A stretch of 64,000 bases of DNA, from positions 58,838,001 to 58,902,000 of the forward strand of contig OX638153.1 in assembly GCA_951804945.1 (NCBI GenBank). The letters are read 5' to 3'. The stretch is from Podarcis cretensis (Eukaryota). Under the pieces are notes generated by a model. It saw only the letters and a program-made list of their open reading frames with translations. It did no database searches and was not told the DNA's origin. Of the stretch, positions 26,527-40,075 are shown in pieces. A program made the position numbers and the translations under genes. Within the stretch, counting starts at the first letter, position 1; each line of letters begins with the position of its first letter.

Positions 26527-29261
26527 CTGCACCAGAAATACACAATGAGAAAGAAAAATCAGCTTGTTGAAAATTGTTCAATCTACAGCATTCAGCAGTG
26601 AGCGTACAGGAATCCTACTGCCTTAATGGGAAATGAGGGTGGAAGAGGAATCTGCCAAACTTGGAGGAGCTCTGCCAAGTAGATCTATAAAAATGTGCTG
26701 CCTAGCACCTCGAAGATGCTCTCCACAGGTGCAACCTATGCACTACACAACGGAGAATGGGGCGGTGCAGTGGAAGAATAAATGTTGATGTGCTGCAAGG
26801 TCACTTCTGAATAGTTTTGTCAGCAATCCTGCTGTTGCTAGAACAGGCTGCCTCCTCTGAAAACAGCCTCCTTCCTTGATTCTGTTTGTCAGGTTTACTG
26901 GCAGTGAGGAAAAAATCGCCAGCAGTAACAGCTATCTACAGATTCAATTGGCCATTTTCTTGCATATGTGCCGAGGTTGTGATGGGAATAATAAGTGTTT
27001 GAAAGCGTAGACCTCAAGCACAGAGATCAGACCCAGGAGGAAGAATAATTCACTCCCGAATGCAACTAGCCACTAGGGACTGAGCATAATCGAATAATAC
27101 ACCCTCTGCCAGACAGTTAAATAGAAAGCTATCACCACAGCTCCATGAATCAGAACTCTGTCCTCTTGCCAACTGTACAGATTCAAGTCATCTACAATTA
27201 ACCACAGAAAGAAGGTGAAGTGTACTTGAAAGGGAAGGAGGCTCTGAACAGAGCTGTCTTCTGAATGTGTGCTTCAAGGCAGTGCGTACAAGGTTCTCAC
27301 CTGTTTAGCTTCTTCTTACCATGACACATTGAAAAAGCTACCATGATCTTATTTTTAAATGCCTGAAGAGACAGTGAGAATGCAAGAGTTTGCACACACA
27401 AGTTCTCAACACTGGGTTTTTTTTAAATTAAAAAATAGGCATATTAAGTTTAGTATCAATTAGTTTCCTTACATATTTAAACAGTTGTCTATTCCTGGGC
27501 ATTGACCTGAAGTCTCTGACATCATTTCTGGGTGGGCTTTCTTGCTGTTGTGCAACACATTAAGTCACATCAGCCTCCTACTGCTGCACATGAAGTTCTG
27601 TTGCTTATGGGCATTCTCACTAGTGACACCCCCCCCCCATCTGTGAAATGTTCTCCCCAGGGAAATGCACCTGGTGCCATCATTATTACTCAGGCCGTTG
27701 CTAATCATTGGCTCCTATGGTGATGGTCACCTTTAGCGGGATGGATAAATGTTTTAAGTATTTTGGATTTCATTGTTTTAAATTTTCTGGTTTTAATTGT
27801 TTTATCTGTGGTCTGTTATCTTGTTAAGTTGCTTTGAGACTTTCTTTTGTGTAAATCAACTAACAAATATAAGTAATAACAAGAACTCCAGCAGCAAACA
27901 GAGGCATGTATTCCAAGCCTCTCAGGAAAAAAAAACCCAGAAAGAGACAAAACTTAATTGTCCCTGTTGGATTGGCACAGCTTTTAAACAGATCACCTCA
28001 CTTTCTGAAGATGTAAAGCCTCAATTTGTGGGCAGAAATGGCACACAAAAATACCTGTTAGGAGCATTGCAAAAAGAGAGGTCCAGCAGGCAAGGGAATA
28101 GCTGCAACGGTTTTTAAGCCAAGAACACGGCAGGGAGCAGCTCTTCCACAAATCTCAGTTCCCCATTCTTACACTCCGTTGAGGACCAGTATTTATACCC
28201 TCTTTGTCATTAGAAGCCTGGCATTTGCAGAGGTTTTGACTGAACCGTCTTCTCTTTCCACAAGCGACAAATGCAGTTTAGAATTTATGTAATTTGAAGA
28301 TCTAGGCTGAGGCCACTCACAGCAGGAACAGAGCTGGCTCCTTTGATAAATCTGCTTTGTTCTTCGTTCAGATATACCCTGCTCCAGATTTCTCTGCAGC
28401 TTGTTCCCCCCCCCCCCCCCGAAGTAGCAGCTCCCACCCTGCTACTGCCTGCCGTATCTTAGGGATGCAAGATGTGGGTGGTAGTGTGAGGTCAATCCCT
28501 GAACAAGCCGCAACTTGTGGCAACAGTCTTGCACATTACCAATTTCTCTGCACCTCAGTAAGTAGGAACAACACTTGAGTTGCAAGTGACAAACTGCAAT
28601 ACAGGAGGCTGTCTAAGAAGTGAGCATCACGTTGCAGTTGCTATGAAGCAAATGAAGGGTGTCAGTCCAAGAATTTTTAGGAACAGGCTGGTTTTGTCCA
28701 CTTGGTGGAAATCCTCACTACTGTCAAAGATTTAGACATGTTGTTCTCATGAACCAAAACCCCGTGATGTTCTCTGCAAAAATGAATTATTTCCCAATCA
28801 TTCCAAAAGACAGATTTTTGTCCATGTATAAAAGAAACATGGCTTTTATTAAGCAACTTGTGAGAATTTAAGCTCTTGTGCTTGTATGGTCAAATACAGT
28901 TTTGCAAATAAGAAGATCAGGTAACTGTTGCAACTCAGCCATGTTGTGGTATGTGGTTGTTTCTGGAACTACAGTCAGAGATGCTGATCTGAGGCAGGTA
29001 CCAGACCTCTTGCACAGTGAGTTAAAAAGCAAACAAACATCTATCCCAGCCACATTGGTATCCTATTAATATGGAAGGCAGAGACAGCATCCAAAACACA
29101 TCACCAGTATGATAATTGAATGAACTCATCAAGGGAACATAGAGGTGCAAAAAAGGCTGTTTCTGATGGAATAAAATCCTACTGAATTACTGAGAGACTT
29201 TATATTTTATAGTGTTAGAATACATTTCCTGATAAATCAGTATTGGCTTTCCTAATATAAA

Positions 29262-29725
29262 CATCACTTGGCAGGACAGAGTCTCAAACAAAGATGTGCT
29301 CTTCCAAGCCAACATTCTCAGCATGTTCACACTTCTGTCTCAGTGACATCTACACTGGCTTGGTCTTGGACACAGAATGGAAGATGGCAGGATCCCCAAA
29401 GAGCTGGCTCCAGACTCCAGGCCTGCTGGCAGATCAACCCTGTGTTATAAAACATGATATGAAGGCTGGCAACATTAAAACTGCAGAGTCTGGAGACAGT
29501 CAGCAGTGACAAGAGGAGAAATGACCACTGGGAGGACCAGAGAGAGAAGAAACACCATGGTACACGTGCATCAGCAGAAGTGAACACCTTCATCTGCCCC
29601 AGCTGCATCAAAACAGGTCTCTCATATTGGTCTCTATAGCTACAGCAGGTGCTATAACTCTCCAACAATTTGACTTACCCCAATGGCACACTCTTCCATT
29701 GTCTATCGAGATGGATGTCAACAAT
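29262..29725 (+). mobile_element. degenerate RTE-clade LINE 3' fragment (non-BovB)
   Basis: Translates to WQDRVSNKDVLFQANILSMFTLLSQ*HLHWLGLGHRMEDGRIPKEL and later FICPSC...HIGLYS, which match RTE C-terminal motifs. Confidence 0.8.
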
Positions 29726-31594
29726 ATAAAAAGATGGTGTTTGGGGCGTGCGTGCTATGAATGTGCCTGATTTGGGTAAGTGGCACTAAAAAAATTCAGA
29801 TTATTATATTCTGCATATCAGGAACACTTCTATATAAAACGTCACAGGTTTAACCATGCTATGCACCCATCAAGGGTACTTTGGGGTGGGGGCTATAGTC
29901 TAAATGCTCTTTCATGAGTCACATTTCTTGTGCACATGTAAAGATAGTCTATTTGTTGCAACATTTGAAAATGATGTTCCTTATGAGGAGGGAACCCGTC
30001 AGATTCTCGCTTTAAGAAGGAACTTGTAACCATTTTCACACAGGTATGTATTGTTGAAGATTAGATCTATCTTTCACCATGTTATCACTGAATAGGCCTT
30101 CACTCCATGACCTCCCTTATAGGTTTAGTAACAAGAAAAAATAAACGCCCCACGGCAAGGAAATAATTGTAGCTCTGGGGACTGTGGAACTGCATATATG
30201 GGAAATCGAAAAGTGTTAAGATTTTAATAGCTACCTTGGAAACAAGGAAGGTTGTGCAATTAGTGCCCCTATTTTGCTTCCCCCCCTCCTAATTTGAGCA
30301 CACAAAGGGGGTCATACGAACTTGCAGTAATATCTGTCATGAGGTTATTTCAGAAACAGCTGAGAAGATAGGCCAAAGATGCAATTGCCTTAGTTTCTTT
30401 TGAAAGTGGCAACCTATATTATCCCTGTAACAGAAAGCTGATGGAAGTTATAGTCCAAAACACATCTGGCACACACCAGGTTGGGGAAGACCATCCTAAC
30501 CAAAGCCCTTTCAAAGCAAAATATACTGAACTGCTAGACCTGCAGTGTTTACCCTCCAGAATACAGCTAGATGGGACAGATCAGCCCAATGAGTTTGATT
30601 TAAACAGCTATTTCCTATGCATTCTTCCAAAACAAATAAAGTTAATTAAGCACTGTATGTCACAAAAATGGTCCTACACTTAACATGCCCATCCATTATC
30701 CAAAAGCATGTCTCTGGAAACTATTAGCTGCTAATATAATTTCTTCCTGTAATTGAAAGACTTATCACTTTAACTGGAAAGCAGTGACTGAATCTGTACA
30801 TAAAACAACAGATAATTGACAAATTTTACAAGAGTGTTCTAATTAATACAGAAAAAGCTGAAAAATTGTATCAGTCTGCAGACAGCATCTTAAGAATTTG
30901 CTGATGCAGCTGAAGTCTCTGCTGGAATTAATTCCTAGAAGCAGCAAAGACAAAGTATGTACTGTAACTAAATAATTAGATGTTAAATAAAAACAAAACA
31001 CTCAGCACATTTTGTAACTGTTTCTAGATTTCTAGATTGTGACTGGACCACCCACAATATTCATCTGAGATCCATTAACAGTGTTCAGCTCAATTCCACC
31101 AAAATCCCAATTCCTCACTCAAGAGTAATTATTTACTAAATTAAATTTGCATACTTTCTGAACTATTGTGTAATTTACTGCAACACTTAGTCTTTCATAG
31201 TGTGCTGAACATTTAGGTGAGGCCTTGGGGAAGCGAGAAAGCAAGGTAAAAGGTAATATATAACTGCACAAATGACAAGGGAAGGGAATTGTGCATAAAC
31301 ACTACTCCTGACCAAGAGAAGCTTTGTCCAAGTTTCCATGGTTTCTATTTATTTATTTTTAATCCCTCCCTCAACTTCTTTTCAATTCAGCCTAATGTTC
31401 CTTAGTGCACTCAACACATTAACAAGCATCGTGTTATCTCAGCAAATGAAGTAGTAGTGAATGTATCTGAATCTAGTTTCATTTAAGGTATTTATTAAAG
31501 AACATGCACATTAGAACCATCACATGAATGGCCCTTCACAGTTATGGCTAGTGTACAGTGTGCATTCCTAGAAATTTCAGATACGGCCATATGA

Positions 31595-32235
31595 CACATG
31601 TCTTGGTTACATTTCATCTGGACTACTGTATTTTCACTCTGTGTAGGGTTGCCTATGTAGAGTGCTTGGAAACTTCAGCTGGTTCAGAATGCTGCAGCCA
31701 AGATGCTAACTGGGGCTGGTTATAGGCAGTATGTGACTTTCTTCATGTAACATCTTCACTGGCCATCAGTCTATTTCCAAGTGCAATTCAAACTGCTGGT
31801 GATGCTCAACAATGCCTTAAACAGCTTTGGTTGAGGTGACCCTACGGACCACTTTCTCCCATACAAATGTGTCTGGGTTTTAAGATCTATAGAAGAGGCT
31901 CCTCTTTCTGTCCTGCCACCATTCATTTGGTAGAACTTGAAAAGGGTCCTTTTTAGTGGCTGCACAGGCCCTGGAACTCCCTTCTTAGGAAGCCTTATTT
32001 CTCTAGCGATCTTTTGACAAGTGAACACCTTTCTAATTAGAAAGGCTTTTGGCCAGTTCCACTGATCTGTTTCATCTACTGCCTGCCTTTTGTTAAATAG
32101 CCACTGCTTTATTGATCTGTTTTTTACTTGTTCTATAAACAGCTGAGTATTTTGTGCAATTACTTTATTTTGCATTGTATCTCATTTGTTGTTGTTATCT
32201 TGAACACTATTGTGTGGAAAGGTGGAATAGAAATT
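31595..32235 (+). mobile_element. degenerate L2 LINE 3' portion
   Basis: Remnant ORF2 motifs LVT..LDYC...GLP....KLQLVQNAAAKMLTG...LHW....QVQFKLLV, followed by a T-rich 3'UTR. Confidence 0.85.
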
Positions 32236-32630
32236 TAAAGCAGTAGCCCTGGACTAAAACCAGCATCCACAATAGTTACATAGCGCTTGATCAATTGAAG
32301 TGCCCTACTCCGTTTTATTGTAGAGGCATAGAACACACAATGCCAGAATTTGAAGCAGGAGACCACTTTTCCACAGACAAATATGCTGAGCTGTAGACAG
32401 AATGGCCAAGCAGGCTGTGGTTCATGATCCAAATTGAAAGGTTTTTACAGCAGTGCTGTTTCAGACTATCAGCAGTTATCCGTACGACTAACCACAGAAT
32501 CAAGTCATTCTCGTATGTTAGTTCAAGCAGATGGAGCTATCAGTTGAGTCTCACTACATTCTTCAGATAATGTACTACGGATACTAAACTCAACTAGCAG
32601 AAATTACAAATGAGTAGAAGTAGGACCAAA

Positions 32631-32786
32631 NNNNNNNNNNNNNNNNNNNNNNNNNNNNNNNNNNNNNNNNNNNNNNNNNNNNNNNNNNNNNNNNNNNNNN
32701 NNNNNNNNNNNNNNNNNNNNNNNNNNNNNNNNNNNNNNNNNNNNNNNNNNNNNNNNNNNNNNNNNNNNNNNNNNNNNNNNNNNNNN
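32631..32786. other. assembly gap (156 N)
   Basis: Run of N. Confidence 1.
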
Positions 32787-33369
32787 ATTTGGGGAAGACA
32801 GGTTACTGTCCTGGAGTCCAGCTCCTCCCTCAGGCAGGCCTAGCAAGTATGCTGTTAAAAATGGTCTTAGGTTCTCACTCTGTGTGGGTATGTGGGTGTG
32901 TGTACCATTCTGGCAACAGTAAAGTAGCTGGAGCCCTTTAAAGAGGATACACAACTGAACCTAGCAAGACATTCTCTTCCCAGACAAATTTGGCTCTTTT
33001 TACTTTAGCTGTGCTCTCTATTGTTTACTGTATACATTCATTAGTTCAGCTGGAAGGAACACATATGAATTAAGTGTTCATAGCTTTTAAAAACATCCCT
33101 CAGTAGCCAAAGTCAATGATCTGCATTAACCAAGGGCATACTTTCCAAAATAAACTAAATATTTGCCAACTTCCAAATTGTTCAAAACAAAATTGCACTG
33201 CCACCTGGGCCTAGTTTGCATTTCCAATGCAACAAAGAATTTCTGGTGACCGATAAAATTCATGGGAATTTTGTTGTAGTAATGGGTGGCTTCAAGTATC
33301 CTCACATAAAATGGCTGCATATGCGTTCCACCTATGACAAAAGGTAAAATGTCTAGACTCCCTAAATGA

Positions 33370-33626
33370 CTGTGCTGTAGAACTGTTGGCCATCAACATG
33401 GATGGCTTTAAAATAGGATTATCATGGAGAAGAAGGCTGCCTCCATGGTTGGAAGCAGTATGCTTATGAATATCAATTGCTAGAATCCACAAAAGAGGCA
33501 AGTGCTTTTGTGCTCGGGTCGTATTTGCTGATTTCCCAACCAGCATCTGGTTGGTCAATGTGATGACTGGATGCTGGACTTGATGGGCCATTGGCCTGAT
33601 CCAACAAATGCTTCTTATGTTCTTAA
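33370..33626 (+). mobile_element. CR1 LINE 3' fragment
   Basis: gatggctttaaaataggatta ... ggatgctggacttgatgggccattggcctgatccaac ... cttcttatgttctta, the squamate CR1 3' terminus. Confidence 0.75.
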
Positions 33627-34319
33627 GATTTCGTGTCCATTTCCAGATTCTTTCAAATGAAGGTGATACACAGCTGCTCACCATCAACTCTACTCGTCGC
33701 TGAAGCAGGGGCAAGAGCTTGTCTGACATCATCCTGAACTTTGGGTTGTGCAGCAAGTGCCTCCAAAGAATAACTTGATAGCAGAGGCAAACCTCTGCCC
33801 TTCTCCCAAGCTCAGAGCTAGAGAGGGAATTGGGGCTCATATTCACCAGAGAGAGAGCCAACTCCCATGATAAGTGAATTTGGATAGCGTTCTATTACAT
33901 GAAATTCTGAGGCTAACAAGAATATACTCCTAAATGGCAAGTAAATGGCTTTGACAGAATTAGAACAATATTGTCCTTTTCTTCTTGATCCCTCCTCTCT
34001 GATGGAAAAGAATAACACCTTGGGAGAATTATCAGAGACAGAATTAGAGCAAAACTGTCCTATTTGTTCCTCTAGTGGAGAGGAACAACACGTTAGGAGT
34101 TTTCGGGTATTTCTTACATTTTTGAACAAACTGGATCTTGCAACCAAAGGATACATAGCATTAATAGAAATGGGTGGGTGGGGTGGAACAGGCACTCTCA
34201 TCTTTGACTGAAGTGCACATAACTTAATGGAACACCAGAATCTTGTTGATACTTCCTATTTTACATTTTCTTTCATGGGAATGTTCTTAACCAAATCATA
34301 AATGTGACCAACACCATAT

Positions 34320-34838
34320 TGTAGGGATTTTGGATACAGAGATTAGGACTCAGGCTCATCATCCTCCAAAAAGGGATGCAGTATGTCCTCTTCCAGTCAG
34401 ATGTAAGGCAAGGCAGGAGCTGCAGAACCATGGATAGCTCTGAGCAAGCAACTTACTCATTCAACAAAGGTTGCGAGCAGACTGAGTCTTCTTTAGTCTC
34501 TGCTACCCAGACTGCCTTTCCCAGGCTCCTTACCTTTGTGGATAACTTTAGATTTTAAAGGGCCAATCCTCTGCCTGGAAGACAGGCACGCTTCCTCTGT
34601 TCTATAGCCTCCTGACTATTTTCCTCCCTGTGCTGCTATTGTGAGAGGCATTTTGTTTCTCAGGCTCAGGGGGAAGGCTCCCATTAGGGTCTTGGCTCTG
34701 GTCCTATAGATCCTGGTGGTGTGGGAGATTGTTCTGGGTGATCCTGTCAGTCAGCCTCACTGGTCTTCTAATCTCCAGCAGCAGCCTCACTGGTCTTCTA
34801 ATCTCCTCTAATCTCTTCTAGACTCTGGTGTCATGACA
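34320..34838 (-). mobile_element. possible degenerate solo LTR
   Basis: TGT...TGACA boundaries, pyrimidine-rich strand bias like the reverse of 47137-47720, and internal direct repeat cagcctcactggtcttctaatctcc x2. No clean TSD. Confidence 0.4.
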
Positions 34839-34970
34839 CAGCCAGGACCCCAAGGCCAACACAGCTGGAAATCTGGGGAGAAAATCATCTTTCATTTGCT
34901 TTACCGCACAGTAGACGACATTATTGTTGCAATACTCCAAGAGGCTAGCAAATCACTTCTCCACACGCAG

Positions 34971-35340
34971 GGGACGCAGGTGGCGCTGTGGGTTAAAGCC
35001 TCAGTGCCTAGGACTTGCCGATCGAAAGGTCGGCGGTTCGAATCCCTGCGGCGGGGTGCGCTCCCGCTGCTCGGTCCCAGCGCCTGCCAACCTAGCAGTT
35101 CGAAAGCACCTCCAGGTGCAAGTAGATAAATAGGGACCGCTTACCGGCGGGAAGGTAAACGGCGTTTCCGTGTGCGGCTCTGGCTCGCCAGAGCAGCGAT
35201 GTCACGCTGGCCACGTGACCCGGAAGTGTCTCCGGACAGCGCTGGCCCCTGGCCTCTTAAGTGAGATGGGCGCACAACCCCAGAGTCTGTCAAGACTGGC
35301 CCGTACGGGCAGGGGTACCTTTACCTTTACCTTTACCTTT
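34971..35340 (+). mobile_element. Sauria SINE, young full-length copy with 55-bp TSD
   Basis: gggacgcaggtggcgctgtgggttaaa head, (ACCTTT)3 tail, intact CpGs, TSD 34912-34966 / 35340-35394. Confidence 0.96.
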
Positions 35341-35875
35341 AGACGACATTATTGTTGCAATACTCCAAGAGGCTAGCAAATCACTTCTCCACACAGCCAA
35401 GATTGAGGACACAATAAAATGGTCTAGCAGTAGTTCAAAGTTACCAACTAGATCAGGCCTTGTGCTGTGCACTGTTCAAGACCATAGTGGCGGCAGGGAC
35501 CACAGTCTGACTTGGGCAGAGTTTCAGTGAAGAGGAAAAATGATGTGGTTGGAGGTGGAGAGGAGAGTACAAAAACCCACAGTTCCTCCACCTAGGTTTA
35601 CTCTCAGATTTTGCAAAGATGCAAGCATGTATTAGCAACGGCAGTAATTTCCCGCTGGCTTCCAGCCTGGCCATTAAATGGGCTGAATTTAAAAGTGTTT
35701 TAGCAGCACGACACCCATTCAAGTCAATGAGAATCACGTGGCTACAATTCACTAGGGAAAATACCATTTATGCTGCTTGCACTCCTCTTGCTTATTCAAT
35801 CCAAGCACATTAGCACTTCTCTCAAACTGCCCCCCCTCCAATTCTCAAAAATTATTGTTCTTTTAAACCAACACT

Positions 35876-36228
35876 TTGTTGTTGTTATTGTTTAGTCATG
35901 TCCGACTCTTCGTGACCCCATGGACCAGAGCACGCCAGGCACTTCTGTCTTCCACTGCCTCCCGCAGTTTGGTCACACTCATGTTTGTAGCTTTTAAGAC
36001 ACTATCCAACCATCTCGTCCTCTGTCGTCCCCTTCTCCTTGTGCCCTCCATCTTTCCCAACATCAGGGTCTTTTCCAGGGAGTCTTCTCTTCTCATGAGG
36101 TGGCCAAAGTATTGGAGCCTCAGCTTCACGATCTGTCCTTCCAGTGAGCACTCAGGGCTGATTTCCTTCAGAATGGATAGGTTTGATCTTCTTGCAGTCC
36201 ATGGGACTCTCAAGAGTCTCCTCCAGCA
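35876..36228 (-). mobile_element. BovB (RTE) LINE, 5'-truncated 3' end
   Basis: ORF RVPWTARRSNLSILKEISPECSLEGQIVKLRLQYFGHLMRREDSLEKTLMLGKMEGTRRRGRQRTRWLD is the BovB ORF C-terminus. (CAA)n tail and ~12-bp TSD taaaccaacact/taaacaaacact. Confidence 0.95.
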
Positions 36229-37229
36229 TAAACAAACACTATTGTTTCTTTATTCCCTATCATTCCAAAGCAGCACTAGTCCTTTCTTCGAAGTTGCTAC
36301 TGCAAAATTAGTGTTATGGTAAGGTTAGTTCTAGATCACGAGTACTACTACCATGATTTGTGTAACAGGTCACTGAGGCTGGGCATCCAGATAAATTGCT
36401 TCTTAGGACTACATCTGACAAAAAGGGGTACAATAACATCATGGGGCAAACTGCAGTTAGGAAGTGGGAAGGCAAAGCTCAAACAGGCAATGGTGATCAG
36501 AAGGAAGGATCACTGGCGCAGGTGCAGGGAAGGGTGAGATAGCTCTCACACCAGAGGATATCACCTCCAACAGAACCTACTCCTGTTGCTTAAAAAAAAA
36601 AAATAATGTAAGCTTCCATAGAGCAAAACTGAAAAAGGTCTATGTTATATATTGAGATGCTTTGTTTAATCAAAAAACCAATACACTTTTCCTTTTTATT
36701 TAACTGAACTTATTTCCCCCACTTCCACAGCAAAATGCAGATAATCTTGCCTACAGAATCCATAATAGTTTCCACTCCCCTCTTTTATGCAATGCACTGG
36801 GTGGGGGGAGTAGGGGCACAGGTGCAACCCAGGGAGTTAATGTCTGAAGCAGAAGAGAGCCAACAGTTGGTTTGTTTTTGTTGTTAATCACAGCAGGGAT
36901 GATCCTCAGGCTTTTGAACAAGTTCCAGCTCTGGTAATTCAATCCCGATTCCCTAAAGTGCACCCTGCAGATTTAATCAGGGGAGCAATTCGTTGCTGTA
37001 CCCTTCATGATACCACTGCCAATGCAAAACATCTGCCAAACTCCACCCTAGAGGCTGCTGCAGGTCCAGGCAAGGCAGCTGACTTCTTTGTGCTGGGCAC
37101 ACACATACAAGCCTGATAGATTTCTTCTGGAAGAAATCTCCTTTACAAAACAAAGAGCCAGTATTAACCTTTGTCCCTACAGTGCAATCAAAAAGCTTTT
37201 AGAGACTTGGGAGCTGTAGACCCACTGTT

Positions 37230-37510
37230 GGGAATGGGCAGACAAGTCCCAGATCTCTGTGGGGCAATGTGAGGAAGCACATCTCTTAGAGGGTGGGGGA
37301 GGGGCAGCTCAGAGGACTCCCAATGAGAGGGGAGAGGAGAAGAGACTGAGGGAACACTCCACAAGTGAGCGTGTTTGAGAAAGCGTGAGAGGGTGCCAGC
37401 TCTATAGGCAAGGGGTAACATAACTGGGCTCCTGAGGCCCACAGGGGTGCCGCAGAAAGAATGTAATTGGTCAAGGGCGCCGTGGACTCAAAAAGGTTGA
37501 AAACCTCTGA
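37230..37510. mobile_element. hAT/Charlie-like MITE remnant
   Basis: Terminus ggcgccgtggactcaaaaaggttgaaaacctctg resembles hAT non-autonomous ends. The left boundary is uncertain. Confidence 0.4.
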
Positions 37511-38447
37511 TCTAGGCATATGGCTCCCCATCAAGGATGAGGGAATGAGTAGAACTGTAAGCCCTGATTGTGAACTAGGCTTTGGAAAAGATAACCCTTC
37601 ATGGCCATGAGCAAACTTATATGCTATGGCTAGTCTCATCATTGCAACCTTTAGTAAGTACAACTCAGAAGATAAGGGGAGAAAATGCCAGTCAGGTTTT
37701 TCAAGGGTGTAAAAAGCACTGCCCCCCCAACAAAAAATGTTCTCAAGCAATGGTTAAGGCAGGAGAGACTAGTACTATGCATAACTATTAGACTAAGAAT
37801 TTACAGCCAACACCCCAAAATCCACTTCTTCAATATCCCCCACCAAGTAGTGCACAAATCCAACATGCCAAACCATATCTTGGGGGTGGACTCTGTAGGG
37901 GCTACTAAAGAAATGCTGGGTGGATCTTAAACAAGCCATTCTGTTTAAGATTTTGGAAAGTGGTTACATCAGTCTCTCATGGCTATAAAAGAAAATTTTG
38001 CCCTCCTCTCTACAAAGAGGCAGAGAATCAATAGGATTCCAAGTATACAATAAAAATTAGGGCAATCCTCTTTTATAGTGCCAGTCTTGGTGTCCAAATA
38101 TCTGCCTTAAAAATAGACAGAGAGCGGAATTGTACAGCTCTCCAGACTGCAGCCCAATATTCTGATGTTACAGTATTTACAGCCCTGAGTAACCTTATTT
38201 ACAACCTCTATGTACATCCATGGGGAACCTCTGGCTGGAGTTGATGGAAGCTGCAGACCAACATATGGAAGGCCAGAGGTCGCCCACCACCCCTGGCCTA
38301 AATGAAAAAAAGAAAAGAAAAGAAGCGGCGCATTCAAATCATTTAAGATTTTCTTATCAGTGAAAGAAGCATTTCATAGACAAAACATTTAGGAATTCTG
38401 GCCTGTACTGCCAACCAACTGTGTTACATGTGAGCCTAAAGAATGCT

Positions 38448-38746
38448 CAAGGCTCAGTAGTACAGTGTCTCCTTAGTATGCGAAACCTGGTCTTCCAGGT
38501 TCAATTCCTGGTGTCTCCAGAAAGGGGTGGGAAAGACTCCCTTTCCTGGAGAACTACCAGTTGGTACAGAAAAGGATTGGGAATCCTCTGGCCCTCTAAA
38601 TCCCATCAGCCCCAGCGAGCATGGCTCACGGATTACTGGAACTGTAGCCCTGCAAAATCTTGAGGGCCACAGATTTACCATCATTGGTGCAGAGAATACA
38701 CAAGCTCAATGGCCTGATTCAATATAAAGCAGCTTACTATATTCCT
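38448..38746 (+). mobile_element. Squam2-like tRNA SINE interrupted by a hAT MITE (~38571-38686)
   Basis: A box gctcagtagtacag, B box ggttcaattcc, and CR1-like tail gcagcttactatattcct. The insert resembles the MITE at 13415 and is flanked by ggtacaga/ggtgcaga. Confidence 0.65.
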
Positions 38747-39607
38747 GAGAGGGCCATCATTCTTTCTGCCTAACAATTCTCATGCAAGAATTAAAGTTAC
38801 AGAGCTATAGCAAGGCACCAGGCATCTGATGAGCCATTAGCTCTGATTTTTTTTCTTTTTTAAAAAAGGTTCAGGGAAGTGGCCAAGCACTAAGAACTGA
38901 TCATTAAAAGGAAAGGTGGATCTGACCTGGTGGTGTGAAAACAGTACAATTTAAAAGCTGCTGGAAAGGCAAAGGGACAGGACAAAAAGCCCACCCTCCA
39001 CACACGGAGAAATGAGATTTGATTTATTCCGTGACTCTGAGGCTTGTTCAATTTCCATTGTGAATTTCCACTGCATAAATTCAAGGGCTGCAAAAAGTCC
39101 CTGTTAGAAGCTGTCCAGAGCAATTGAAGGTGATGTGCACAATGATCTATGAACAGGCAGATTTCAAAGCCTCACTGGGGTATTTTAGCATATTTTTGCA
39201 TATATGTTCAGCACACCAACCCTTCAGGAACATGTTGGGCATTAATTTACAAAATGCAATTAGATACATACACAACTCCTTACCGTCAATGATTTATCAA
39301 TTTAGTTAGCTCCCTTCACTTCATCTGGTTAATTTCCTCTGATTACATAGCATTGCGTACAGAGACAAGCCTGTATTTCCTAAGTTTTAGAAGGATTAGA
39401 TGACATTCAGAAATCATTTGCAAAAAGAACACAGAGGCTGCACAGCAGGGATTAATATGTTAGCTGCTTTTTCCTGTTTTAAAATCGCTCATTTGCCCCA
39501 AGTCAAATAGTTCTCTTTATTATTTTCTTGTCTTTATTTTCCTATTGCTTGGTTCCCCGCTCCTAATGGACTTGCCCCATTATCCCTTCTCAGCAGAATC
39601 ATGTCTA

Positions 39608-40075
39608 GGTTGTATTCAACATAGTGCTAAAGTGAAAGCTCCATCAGCACAAAGATTTCTGCTTGACCAATAGAACATTCTCTCCCTTTTCTCCCCCTGC
39701 ATGCAGAGCCTTAGTTGGTGATCTTGCGCCCCTGGCAGAACCGTCCAGATTGCTCCCCCTAGCCATGTCCTACAACCCCCCTCCCTCCACCCATTCAATT
39801 CACCCTCTATTTAAAACCATTTCTTATGAGGCAATACTCAATATTTATATTTATGGACATATTTTTAAGCTGATTTTGTGCGCCCCTGGCGGGGGTCCAC
39901 CTCACCACCCCCTAGCTACAGCCCTGCCTGCATACCCCCTAAATTTGTTCTAGGAGTTCCCCCAGCCCTCTGGAGTAGTTTAGGGGAGGGCACAGAACAG
40001 GAACAAGGAGGAAGTCCTAGTGTGCAAGCAGAAATCCTTGCATTGACTGCATGTAGTAGCCAAAATACCACCCTC
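39608..40075. mobile_element. palindromic MITE with a nested second MITE (~39704-39926)
   Basis: Outer ends gttgtattcaac ... aataccaccc. Inner element cagagccttagtt ... agctacagccctg with repeated gcgcccctggc. Confidence 0.55.

Noticed and set aside
32604-32954. ORFs containing X runs
   Set aside because: Artefacts of the N gap.
33292-33861. 189-aa minus-strand ORF
   Set aside because: Largely the antisense of a CR1 3' fragment, with no protein-like motif.
35876-36322. 148-aa plus-strand ORF
   Set aside because: Antisense frame of the BovB fragment.
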